This document shows, in pieces, positions 25,750 to 37,439 of a stretch of DNA of 64,000 bases. This DNA comes from Gnetum montanum. Lineage: Eukaryota; Plantae; Gnetophyta. Each line of letters opens with the position of its first letter. Position 1 is the stretch's first letter. A program made the position numbers and the translations under genes. The stretch covers positions 285,468 through 349,467 of the forward strand of contig MNCI01003240.1 of the NCBI GenBank assembly GCA_015680685.1. Reading direction: 5' to 3'. The notes under the pieces were generated by a model. The model did no database searches. It was not told the DNA's origin and saw nothing but the letters and a program-made list of their open reading frames with translations.

Positions 25750-28700
25750 TAAGTGAGCGGGAAAAATGCAAACATGTAGGCTAGTGCAATGTAAACAAAA
25801 GTCAAAAGTGCATAGCAAGTGGAGGAAAAGGGTAGGTAGGCATCCACCACATTTTTGGCCAAGGGAAATTCTTGGTCACGTAGTTTCTTCCTAATCAGAT
25901 ATGGATTAGGAAGTGTGCAAGGCTTAGAATTCTCTGGGATGCTATTGGCTTCAACCACTCATTTGGGTGTGTTAGCCTTAGGCGCTACGTTGGTTGTCGT
26001 AGGTGTACCACTAAGAGACTCCTCTTTCAAAACTTGCGTCATGTGTATGTTATGGATAATCAAAGAGGAAGTGTTATCACCAAGGATGATAAATTAACCA
26101 GATTTGTATGGAAGGTGTATTTCTTGGTGGATGGGAGAGGAGATGGTCCTTAGTTGGGCTAGCCAAGGCCTTCCTAGAATCATGTTGAAACCTGGCATCT
26201 CCTCTATGACAGTGAAATTTACACTGGTGGAGAATTTCTCTCCTACCACAAAGGCTAGGTTGATTGTACCCTTGACAATGATGCATGATTTGTTGAAGGA
26301 TTTTAGACACATGGTTTTGGTTGGCCTGATTTCATCTAGTAGGCCTAGTTTGTCAATAATAGAGTACAAGACCACATTTGTTGCTGCACCATCATCGACA
26401 TGCACTCTACAGATGGTGCACTACCCAACACATATGCTAATGGATAGTGGAGCTATAGTGACCTCCCCTCATTCAAGGTTGACTTTGACTACATCATTTG
26501 AAAAAAATAGGGATGTTGAACTAGATTCTTGTGGTGTAGGGGGAAACATCATACCACAGATGGATGCCTCATTTATAGGGATGTCCTCTATAATAGGAAT
26601 GGAGGCCAACATTTCGGCCAATGCTTGGAAATGAGCAAGTGAGGTCATGACCAGGTCATAGAAGCTCAATGTTGTGTTTGTTTTCTTCAATGTTTATTTC
26701 ACTTGGGTTAGTACAGCTACAAAGTCCTTGTCGTTAGTCATTGTGTTGGCCTTGACTTTCTCCATGTGGCTTGAGAGAAAAATCTCTCATGGAGGGGACT
26801 TGGGCTTGGTTTTCTTGGCCTGCTTGGGGGTAGGGACCATAGTATTTGGTTGTTACTTGCTAGTTGTGACCATTGCTTCGGCCATGGGGGTTGTGAGGTG
26901 CTTGTTTGTCCTCTTGAATTTCCATTTGGTGGGCCTACCTAGGTTGTTAGTTGGGTCAATCCTTGATGGAGGAGGGATTAAAACATTTCACACTATTGGG
27001 CTTCAAGTAGGTGAGGGGCCATCATGTTGTGGGACCCTTGCAACAAATGATGATTTAGGAGTTCTTGTAGGAGTTTTTGTGTAACCAGCTTGTTGTGGTA
27101 CCTTGATGATAAAAGGTTGTTTAGCAGTTTTTGTTGCTGCGTCATGCTAGTTTAATGTCTTAGCATATGGTTGGTTTGGAAATTTGACCACAAAGGGTGT
27201 TACGGGTGCCAGAGTTGGCACTTTGATAACAAAGGGAGGCCTCTTGCTTATGGTGGCTATGGGGACTTTTGCCTTGTTAGAAGGCACACGGATCACAAAA
27301 GGTTGTTGCATAGGTTTGGACTTGCCACGTATGCTAATGGAATTTATGACATAGGAGGCATCATCTATGTTGGATTGACTTACCATGTTGATCACTAGTT
27401 GGCCTTGTTCTATCATTCTCTACAAGTCATCCTACAAAGCATGACAATTGTCTGTACTGTGACCAGCCAATTGGTGGTATTGATAGCATTCGTCCAATTT
27501 AAAATTTTGTGGGACTGGGGGCTCATTTGGTACTACTAATGTGGGGTTCCTTAGTAGTTCATAGTACCTATCATGTTTTTGGTAGGTAATCATGGATACA
27601 TGTTTGTTTTGGATTTTTCTGGCTTTCAAGAGTTGCTCTAGTAGTTCAGAGGGTTACATTGGTAATGGTGTATACTTTGAGCAGTCCTTGCACTAAAAGC
27701 TGGACCTTGGGCTGGCCTGTGTCGATGTAGGTGAGTTGCTACCAAAGTTGGTCATTTTGTCAGCTAGGGATTTGGGCTACTTAGCTATTGGGCCCTAGTT
27801 GGTTGCTTTTGTGCTTGCAGCCACTGTTGCTACTATTGTGTTTTTCTTGCAAGCATGTTGGTTTCTGTAGGCCACATAAGCTGGGTCATTGCTAGCTTGT
27901 GCTACTTCCTCTATGCTTTTTTCTTGGGCAAAGGCTTGGCTAAGAGACTTTGGAACTAGATAATACAGTTTGCACTTAATAAAGTCATTTACTACACCTT
28001 TGAAGATGGCTAGTAGATGTGTCTCTGCTAGGGGTTCATGCATTTCACTCAATGTAGCATTCCAGCATTGGAGGAATTTTGGCATGGGCTCTAGAGGCCC
28101 ATAATTAACTTGTGTTAACTGGTTGAGGGTTGCTTTAGGCTTTAGGTTGTACTTGAAGCATGTCACAAAATGGCTTATGAGATCCTCAAAAGAGTAAATT
28201 GAGGCCTTGGGTAGCATGTAATACTAGTCTAAGGCATTGTCCATGAGTGACATGGGGAACATGCACATGATGGCATGTGGCCAAGCTTCAAGGAGTAGGC
28301 ACTCAGATCGAAATGTGACCAAATGTGCATTGGGATCCCCTTCACCATTGTACTTGGTAAATTGAGGTAGCTGGACCCTAGTTGGGAGAGTTTGAGGTGG
28401 TATCGTAGGACTTATGGGATCATCCTGATAGAAGTCCACCACCTTGATGGTGTCAGAGGAGGTATCCTTGAGTCAATTGATCTCCTCTATCATGCTTTGG
28501 ATCAGCTGAAATGCCTAATCCAAGCTTGGGGATGTGCCACCTAGTTGCATTGGCTAGGCTTATGTTAATTGCATGGCATAGGGTAGAATTATTGGTTGTG
28601 GAGTTTGCCAGTTTAACATCATAGTAGATGGTTGTTGCCAGTTTAACATTGTAGCAGATGGGCATTGCTAGTTTAACGTCATAGCAGATAGTTGTTGATG

Positions 28701-29330
28701 TATTGGCTGAGCGATGGGTGTGATGATCGAAGTAGGCCACACATGAGTGGGTCTAATAGTCATCATAGATTCCAACGAGATAGGTAGGATGTAGGATGCC
28801 TGATTTCTCTAGGGCTAAGAGGTGGCCCCTGCATGAGCATAGTCTTGGGAAAATGCATTAGTTTTTTGCAAGGAATGCTGAATTGGCATGATCACCATCT
28901 TAAGGAGGATGGGTCGACCAAACCAAGGAGGGGCTATACTAGGGAGTGGTCATTGAAATAGTGTAGATGAGGCTCTCACACTCAGAGTGGGCCTCGAACT
29001 CATCTTCTTCCTTCTGTGAGGCTTCCTTGTAGGTTATCATTGCATCATGATTGTTTGAATGGATGAGTTGGGACAACAACTAGTGGTAGGATTGTATGAG
29101 TGGGATTATGTCAAATAAGAGGGGTTGTACTCCCATCCATTTTGGTGCATTCGTTTGTAGTCCTATTTTGCCTCCGAATCAAGGTAATCCACTGGTAGTC
29201 CTTCTTGGATTTTAGCACAAAAAAATTGTATTGTTCATGGCTTAGTGTGGCATTCTTTGGATGAATTGTAGTGTCAAAATGTGTTAGACACAAACATGGA
29301 AGGTTGATCCAGATTCATATTCACAGATCG
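25750..29330 (-). pseudogene. gag: gag-protease of B
   Basis: ORFs 28224-28442 (LPQFTKYNGEGDPNAHL), 27795-28217, 27432-27629 (CYQYHQLAGHSTDNC) and 26094-26405 (VDDGAATN...ILGRPWL). Confidence 0.9.
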
Positions 29331-30106
29331 GTTGTGAGAGTTACTGTTTGTAGAAAATGGCTAACTTTGAGAAATAGTAGAAAAATGACTAAGTTTATCA
29401 GTAGTAGGAAAATGGCTAAGTATAAAAATACAGAAAAAATGGCTAAGTGTAATAATGTAGAAAAAATGCTAAGTATGAAAATGTAGAAAAAATGCTAAGT
29501 ATGAAAACTGCTAAAAATGGCTAGCTTTGGTGTTACACTTGCTACATTGTAGCTCGTCATGCTCACTACACTGTATCTTACTATTGTATCTTGTCACACT
29601 TGCTATGCTAGAGATTGCTATTGTAGCTTGTTACACTCACTACATTAGAGCTTGCTATGCTGGTTACGTTGGGAGGGGCCGCTACACTGATAGGATCAGT
29701 ATGCTACACAGGACACAGGCAACATAACACAGTAGATAGTGTAACACAATAGACAGCGTAACATAGTAGATAGTTAGCATAACACAGTAGACTATTTGAA
29801 AACCACTACACTAGTGGGGTCGCTATACTGCATAGGACACAAGCAGCATAACTCAAAAGATAGTTTTGGACTTGCTACATTCACAAGGACACCATGCTAC
29901 ACATGACATAGGTAGCGGAACATTGTAAATTGTTTTGGGCTTTCATCCTATAGGATTCCAGAGGAACCATCATGATGACCAATCTACACCACCTAGTACG
30001 TAGAAAACCATAGGGGTGTCATGTCTATGCTAACAAGTTACAGGTGATGGGGTATAGATAGCGTGCACGATTACCCATGACACATGGAAGAGACACAGAG
30101 GTTCGG

Positions 30107-30124
30107 GCCCTCCTTCTAGCACCA
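30107..30124 (-). promoter_or_regulatory. PBS of B (tRNA-Asn)
   Basis: Reverse complement reads TGGTGCTAGAAGGAGGGC, 7 nt from the LTR end. Confidence 0.82.
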
Positions 30125-30131
30125 AAAATTT

Positions 30132-31099
30132 TGTCATCCAAAAATGTCGGTGGCTAAAACACCGAGAGGTCATTAGGTGTATAGCCTAACCCCAGATCCA
30201 TGTGAGGGCCATGTTGGAGAAAATAGAAATGGGGTGCCCTGAATAGTCTAGTTGATCAGATAGGGACTTATGCAATGTCAAATAACCAATTGTGAACAGT
30301 GATTTTAGAGTGTGATGTGCAGAGATTGGACCAAAAGAAAATGTGATACACACAACAATAGAAACTTACTAAAGTATGTAACTAGGATAACAAGCATGTA
30401 CAAACACACAATAATGCAACATGTATGTTGCATTAGAATAAAATAAGAGCTTGGGAGAGAAAATGAACCATTCTAAAATCGAGGGATTCTAGCTAATTCA
30501 CAAAGGTATACATAATGTACAATAGGCATAGTGGGAGCACAATCATAGCAATGGTGGTGCTAGGCTATGAAGTGTGGTGCTCACTATGTTGAACTATGCC
30601 TACCAGGTTGTTAGCCATGGTGTACCATGTGAGGTTCTACTAGGCTACAATGGGGATACAGTGTATCGCATGGTGTAGCTATCCCTCTTTACTGGTGTGG
30701 GGTGCTCTGGGTCTCTTTTTTCCACAGAGCTAAGTGCCAAGATGCCAAATGGAAGTGCCAACTGCCTCCTTGGTGAAAAATGAAAGCCAACCCCCNNNNN
30801 NNNNNNNNNNNNNNAATAGGGCACAGGGATATTGATAGGGCTAGGGTTAGCCCAAAATATGGATCAGGTGCCACATGGCAGTGTAGTGGGTGGGACCACG
30901 GGATGCTGGTTGCTACACTCATTCCATGTTACACATGTGGGACATAGGACACTATCTACTGCACCTATTCCATATTATGCATTCGACATGGGAAATTGGT
31001 TGCTACTGTCTACTGCACTTGTCCCATGTTACATGTCATACATGGGATGCTAGTTGCTACTATCTACTACACTCATCCCATGTTACGCATGGTACATGG
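30132..31099 (-). repeat. 5' LTR of B, part 1 (contains assembly gap 30796-30814)
   Basis: Collinear with 22572-23400. Confidence 0.88.
30796..30814. other. Assembly gap (19 N)
   Basis: Run of n in the sequence. Confidence 1.
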
Positions 31100-32818
31100 T
31101 GAAACACCACAAAATTTTAGCATAACACTTTGAAATGAGAGCAACCCTGTACTTCAACATCCAAAAGTTTAAAAATCAAACTAAAGTGCATGGATCTTGT
31201 CATACAAGCTGAGGTCACACTCAAGTCATGCTACCAGCGCATGTGCGACGTGCGTGTAGTATGCGTGTAGCATGTGCAACTTTTGGAGCCTCCAAATTAG
31301 GTCAAAATAGTCCCAATTTGAATGGGTAAGGTCCCCTTGGGGCCCACTAATGACTACTCCAAGTTTTAGCATCCAAAATCCAAGGTTTCAAGTCAAACTC
31401 GCACAAATCTTGCTGCTCACGTTGGGGTCATGCCTAGTTCATGCTGACAGTGTGAGTCCAGCATGAGCTAATAAAAATGGCCCAGATCAAGCAGTCCCAA
31501 GCCTAGTTTTTGACATGCACTCCACTCATAGGATAGGAAATAGTTGTACTTGAAAATAGGCCACAAAAATTAAAATTTGGGCATGAAATCTAACACTTTG
31601 GCTCACTCACGTTGAGGTCATGCTAAGGACATGTTGACAACGTGAGCCCATCATGAGCTACCAAAAGTGGCCTAAATTCAAGCACAGAAAGGCTCAAATT
31701 AAACATGCAGGATGTTCTCAAGGTTAGGTAGCAGTTACCCTTCAGAAAAAAGTCTTAAAGCTGGAAATTTAACACAAAATGCATCATTTTTGGTTATGCA
31801 CACTGAAGTGACGTTGAGGTGACACTGGCAACGTGAGTCCAGCATGAGCATGGGTCATGACCAAGAAAAAGCACTTCAGACACATGCTGAGGGCACCCCA
31901 GGACAAGATCAATGCATGCTGGCAACCTTGGTGAAGCAAAAACACTTTCAGCAGTAGTCAGTCCATAGATTCAGAAATTTCAAGCGAGCTGGAGTCAAAT
32001 TCTCTTGTTGTACATTATCAGTCACTATAAATTTTTTACATTTTTGTGTTACTCAAGCTCTTACGCTACAAATTGTACATACTTCTATGGGCATAAGCCA
32101 GCTTGCACAAGCTAAAAAACATTGTAAGATACAGTGCATCCAGTCTAGAATGCAATCTACCTACATACATCTAGTTCACACACAGCTGTACATCGAACAC
32201 GTATCACACAATCTATTTTTCTCTTGTCTCACAACCATTGATCTCATTCACAAATCCTACTCTCAAGCCTAGAAAAAATGTATAAATACCCTATTCATTG
32301 ACATAAATGGGGTTGGAAAAATTGGAAAAAGAAAACCAGCAATCTTGAGCCCAGACGCACGTGATCCCTGGTGCTTGCAAACACCTCACATTTTGGGGCT
32401 TAACCTCTAACTTGCAATCTAGGCACACAACCACATTTTGACCGGTGCAGATCTTGTTAATTAATACAACATAGTTTCATTTTCTTCCTTCCATTGTACT
32501 GTTCTGGTTCATTTTTTGCATTATTCCATTTTATTGCATGTTTCTGCATACATTTTTTTTACATTTACATAATATATTCATGTTTACATGTCGTTGCATT
32601 ATGCTCTTCATTTTATATTTTGTGAAAATAACCCTAGCGCAAGCCATAGCATATGCTTTGGTAAGTCCTTGGTTGATTTGCGTGTAGACCATCCAAGGCA
32701 CTCTACCTTCGTTTTTCCAACTTGCCCTCATGTGAAGGTAGGGTTAGCTGTATCTCTCCAAAGATCTTTCGACATCCATTTTTCCTCTAGCCTTACGTCG
32801 ATGATTTTGGACGGTACA
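31100..32818 (+). repeat. 5' LTR of C
   Basis: TGAAACA...GTACA termini; TATAAATA at 32281; direct repeat of 47259-48972. Confidence 0.93.
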
Positions 32819-32823
32819 GAAAT

Positions 32824-32841
32824 TGGTGCTAGAAGGAGGGC
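32824..32841 (+). promoter_or_regulatory. PBS of C (tRNA-Asn)
   Basis: TGGTGCTAGAAGGAGGGC, 5 nt after the LTR. Confidence 0.82.
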
Positions 32842-33199
32842 CTGACCATTCCGCTAACAGGTACCAAATCCTACCAGCGTACATATGCTACCGAGACAAC
32901 ATGCAAACCAAATTCTTACGCCACTATTACATCTGTAAAACTCGCATGCTACCGCCAAAGGCTTTGAACTTTGAAAACTATTGAATCAAAATCCAAACTA
33001 GCATAAACACACCACCACTAGAGCCTAGCATGCACACATTGTTACTAGAATTTAGTGCATACATGCTATTAACTCAGTCTAGTGTACACATGCTGCTTAC
33101 AAACTTCTAGCATACGCACACTGCTCACAGACCTCCAACGTATGCATGTTGCTTACATGCTACCAATGGACTCTTTTTAGATCAACGCAGCAGCATTGC

Positions 33200-36100
33200 C
33201 CATTTCTAACTTTAGTATTAAATTCTCAAATCTTGTGACTTCAATTGAAACCATAGTTGCTATTGGAGAGATGAACCCTCAAGGGCCAACTCAACGATCA
33301 CTTAGTTTATAGGCCAAGGAGCCCACTTATACAATTCTCACTTTGGAACAATACAACTTCATCTGTGTAAAGATATAAGCTAACCTGCCCATTGATAACA
33401 TAGAAATGGAAGCAAAACAACATTATGAACTCATCTATAAGGGAGGCCATGAATTTACTCTCTTCAGCATATGACGTGATTCCCCTCTCTAAATCCCATT
33501 ATGAACTCATATCCTAGCTCCTCATGGCAAGGAATCAACCCTTGCAGCAACCCACTGTAGAGCCCCAAAATGGAGATGAGGAAGATGATTTTTCTGTTCA
33601 ATATGAACATGGGGATTCGTACCACAGTCTCAGTCCTCATGCTTACATGAACCCATTATTCCACCCTTTCATGGGAGAGACTATGCCTCTTCATGTATTT
33701 ATAATCACTCAGGCACTTGTTTCTCAACAAGAAGCATCCACCTCCATTCCTGCTTTCCCTACGACCAACACCTAATTCAATACGTCCATCTCTATCATTC
33801 CTCCAGTCACGATGTTACCCTCTCTCTCACAAGTATAATCCCAACAACTCTCCTCTTAAGCTAATATAGGAGCGACCTTTCAACCCCAAATAATTGTGAT
33901 GACATCCATGATACCTACCTCTACATCCATCCATTACATACCACAAGTGGAAATCCAAGGAACACCCTTTACTACTTCAACTCAACAGGTTTAGGGTGTT
34001 TCCTCACAATTTGTAACCGGGCAGTGGCCCACACCTTTCATTCAACAATATCAACCTGCTCACTATAGCATACCACCCGTTGCAATCCCATCTATGAATA
34101 TCCCTCAAAGACAACCATCAACAACCCAACAGTCATCTTTCCCACAAATCACACAACAATCTAACTATTACCATGTGTAATCTAACCAACTAGCTAGTCC
34201 ACCTAGTGCTCAAGAATGGGCAGATGATAGAAAAATGATGCAAGCATTAACCGATGAAGTGAAGTGCCTTAAAATCACAAACACTAAAGAAGTTAAGCTG
34301 TTGGACTTCTATCAAGATGATCCAATTAGCTCTTCAATGCCACCATTGACCTTACCAAAAGGAATTTCATTGCCACAATTGACCAAGTATAACAGTGAGG
34401 GAGATCCAAATGCTCACCTAGTGACATTCCGATTAGTGTATCTATTACTTCAGGCCTAGCCTCATACAATCCTACATGTGTTCGCTATGTCCTTAACTAG
34501 AAAAGCCTTAGACTGGTACCGAGCTCTACTGCATAACTCCATATCCTCTCTAGAGGATTTGTTACATCAATTCATTACCCATTTTAAGTATAACCTGAAG
34601 CCTGAAGCCACACTAGATAGTCTAATCCAAATAAAATAAGTTGCATTAGAGCCTGTACAAAAATTCATCCAAAGATGGAGCACTACCCTTAACAAACTTC
34701 ACGAGCCCATCCCAAAAATGCATTTACTTACAATCCTCAAGAGTGCCTTGAATGATTTCATTAAGTTAAAATTCTATTATCTGAATGCTTGTACGTTGAG
34801 ATAGGCATTTTTCCAAATCAAAAACATAGAAGAGGCAGCATAGACAAGTCATGACCTAGCTTACCTAACTTTTAAAAGCCAACATACGAGGAAAGATAAA
34901 GATAAGTCTAAAACAATAGTCGTAGTAGTGGCAAAGATAGTTCAATCCAACAATACAAGGTAGAAAGGGAAACAACCCGCTGCCCCCACTAGTCATGAAA
35001 GAACCACTCCTGCACCTACACCTGAATCCTCCTCTACCCAAATTGCTAACATAGGTCATACTCGTACCTTCAAACGAAAATACCCTACCCAGTACACACC
35101 CTTACCCATGAAGCCTTCACAGCTACTGGACCAGCTTCTAAATGCTGAGTTGATTCAACATAAGAAGATGTCTCCTGCAACATCCCAAAAACATGAACGA
35201 TACTGTGAGTTGGTTAAAAATCCAACGTTGGCAACAACTAATGAACCCCATGTTTCAAGAGGTTTTAGGCTAGATAGATTCTATGAGTATCACCAACGAT
35301 GTGGGCATGGAGATGACTACTACTTCACCCTAAAAAAAAGACATACAATGTATGATTGACAAAGGTGAGATAGTCTTTGACAAAGCCAACCCAGTAAGAC
35401 CTCAAAATCAGTCTATGGGGATCTACAAAGATCCTCTTAACACCAAAGAGGCACCCTATGTTATTAACACCATCCATGTCGACAATAAACAAGACATCCC
35501 ACGAAAGCATTTTGTGATTCATGTGCCTACTGAAACCACATCTACACTAACACCTCCACAAGATCCTTTTGCCATACATACACCTCCTACACTACGAAAA
35601 CCATTCTTCATCCAAGTACACCCTATGGTTGCAACAACAAATGTGCCATCACAAACTTGACCCTTTCCATTTGTAATCTGGGTGCTGAAACACCCTAATG
35701 TGAAACCTTCAATAGTTCCTCCGTGACCCTCACGAGAACGCCTTGCCGATATACTAACCAGGGAATGTCTGGCAAAAGAATATCATGGTCATGATTTAGG
35801 ACCGCCAAAACCCACACCACTGAATGTTGTCCCTATGGTTCCAATTACTGATCAGCCTAGCACAAGTCGTCAAGACAAGAACTCGGGAGTGTCCAATGTC
35901 CCAAACCTAATAGCTATAGTTAATAATGCAAAAAATATTCTACGAGAGATACAAATGTTGGGTCAAATGGACCAAGTCTCAACAGATAAGAACATCCCAA
36001 ATAGCAAATAGCTGGCAAGTTCCCTGACCCAGGTTACACAGGCCTTAAAACAAAAGAATACATCTCTAAGGCTATATGACCTAATAATGACCTCCCTGGT

Positions 36101-36966
36101 ACATCAAGAAGCTCTAGTGCATATGTTGACTTCAATACCTATTAGTGAAGACCTTCCTATGAATGAACCATCTATTTATGCCATATTGTATCCACATCAA
36201 GAATCGAGGTCCACATCTCTAGGGTTTCATGCCAATGACATTAAACGAGATGAAAAAATGGGAGAGGTCACTACCACCCCTATGTTTATAATGATACAAG
36301 TTAACCAATTTAGGATACATAGGGTGCATGTTGATGATGGAGAAATAAAAAATGTAATACCTTTCCCTATCATTGAATGACTTGGCCTCATCGAAAAAAT
36401 ACAGTCAACGACAACATCATTCTTGAAATCTTTTAGTGGTTCTTGTGTCATGGTAATAGGCATGGTTACCTTGGATTTCATAGCAGGGAACCATTTCCCC
36501 ACTTCAGAAAAATTCATAGTCATGGATGAGATGCTGAGGTTCAATCTAAGATGCTCAACTAAAAATTGTATCCTCACCGATCCATCAAGAGATTCACCTA
36601 CCTAATGAAGGCAGTGAAATCATCATACATGGAGATGTGGCAACATCGCTTGCTTCCTCACATGTAGAAACGAACCAAGGGTTAGAGGTTGAACTCTCTA
36701 AACCTAAGCAAGACACCACCAGTGAATCCCTAGACATTGGTCAATCTCCAATCCATGACCTTCCTAAAACAGAGGAAGCATCAGAAGATGCAGACATAGC
36801 AACCATTCTCATAGATGTCTCTTGGTTAGAACTACCCTTTGACATATCTAGCGAGGGGGATGGCAAGTACAAGATCATACCTACACATCCCACCCTTCAC
36901 AAAAAAATTATGAAAATTAAAGAAAAAAATCAAAAACTAAGAAAAACCATCATGCATCTAGAATGA
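33200..36966 (+). pseudogene. gag: gag-protease of C
   Basis: LPQLTKYNSEGDPNAHL; FYEYHQRCGH; VHVDDGEIKNV; collinear with A and B. Confidence 0.88.
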
Positions 36967-37439
36967 CATTAAACTACCAAACGTCCACAATGACATTAAA
37001 CTAGCCAAGGTAAAAAATGGCCAGTTCTTTTAAATTCACAGAAACTACTACTCCCTTTCTTTGACAGAGATGCAATAGTCCATCATGACTTTAAACTGAT
37101 GTGCGTGGCCTGAAATGGCCTTAAACGAGAGCATGGTACATTACCAGTTTACCAAAATCTCGCTACATCATTATTGTTTACATTTTGCAAATTACGATTT
37201 CTGTTTATCTTATGTTTACCAGTTATGATTCTAGTTTACATTTACATTGACAAATAAACTGAAAAAAAATAAACAAAACAAAATATATAAATATATATAA
37301 TACGGAGTGTTAACATGTGAATAGGATGATGAAATATTACATCATGATCATGTCATATCTGTTCTTACGCATTCAAAAAACTGACAAAACTAGCCAAAAA
37401 AAAAGAAGACTAACAAGACTAATAAGCCAAATTATGCAT

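Noticed and set aside
30098-30124. Possible tRNA gene
   Set aside because: Only the 3' third is present, with encoded CCA and next to an LTR, so it is a PBS.
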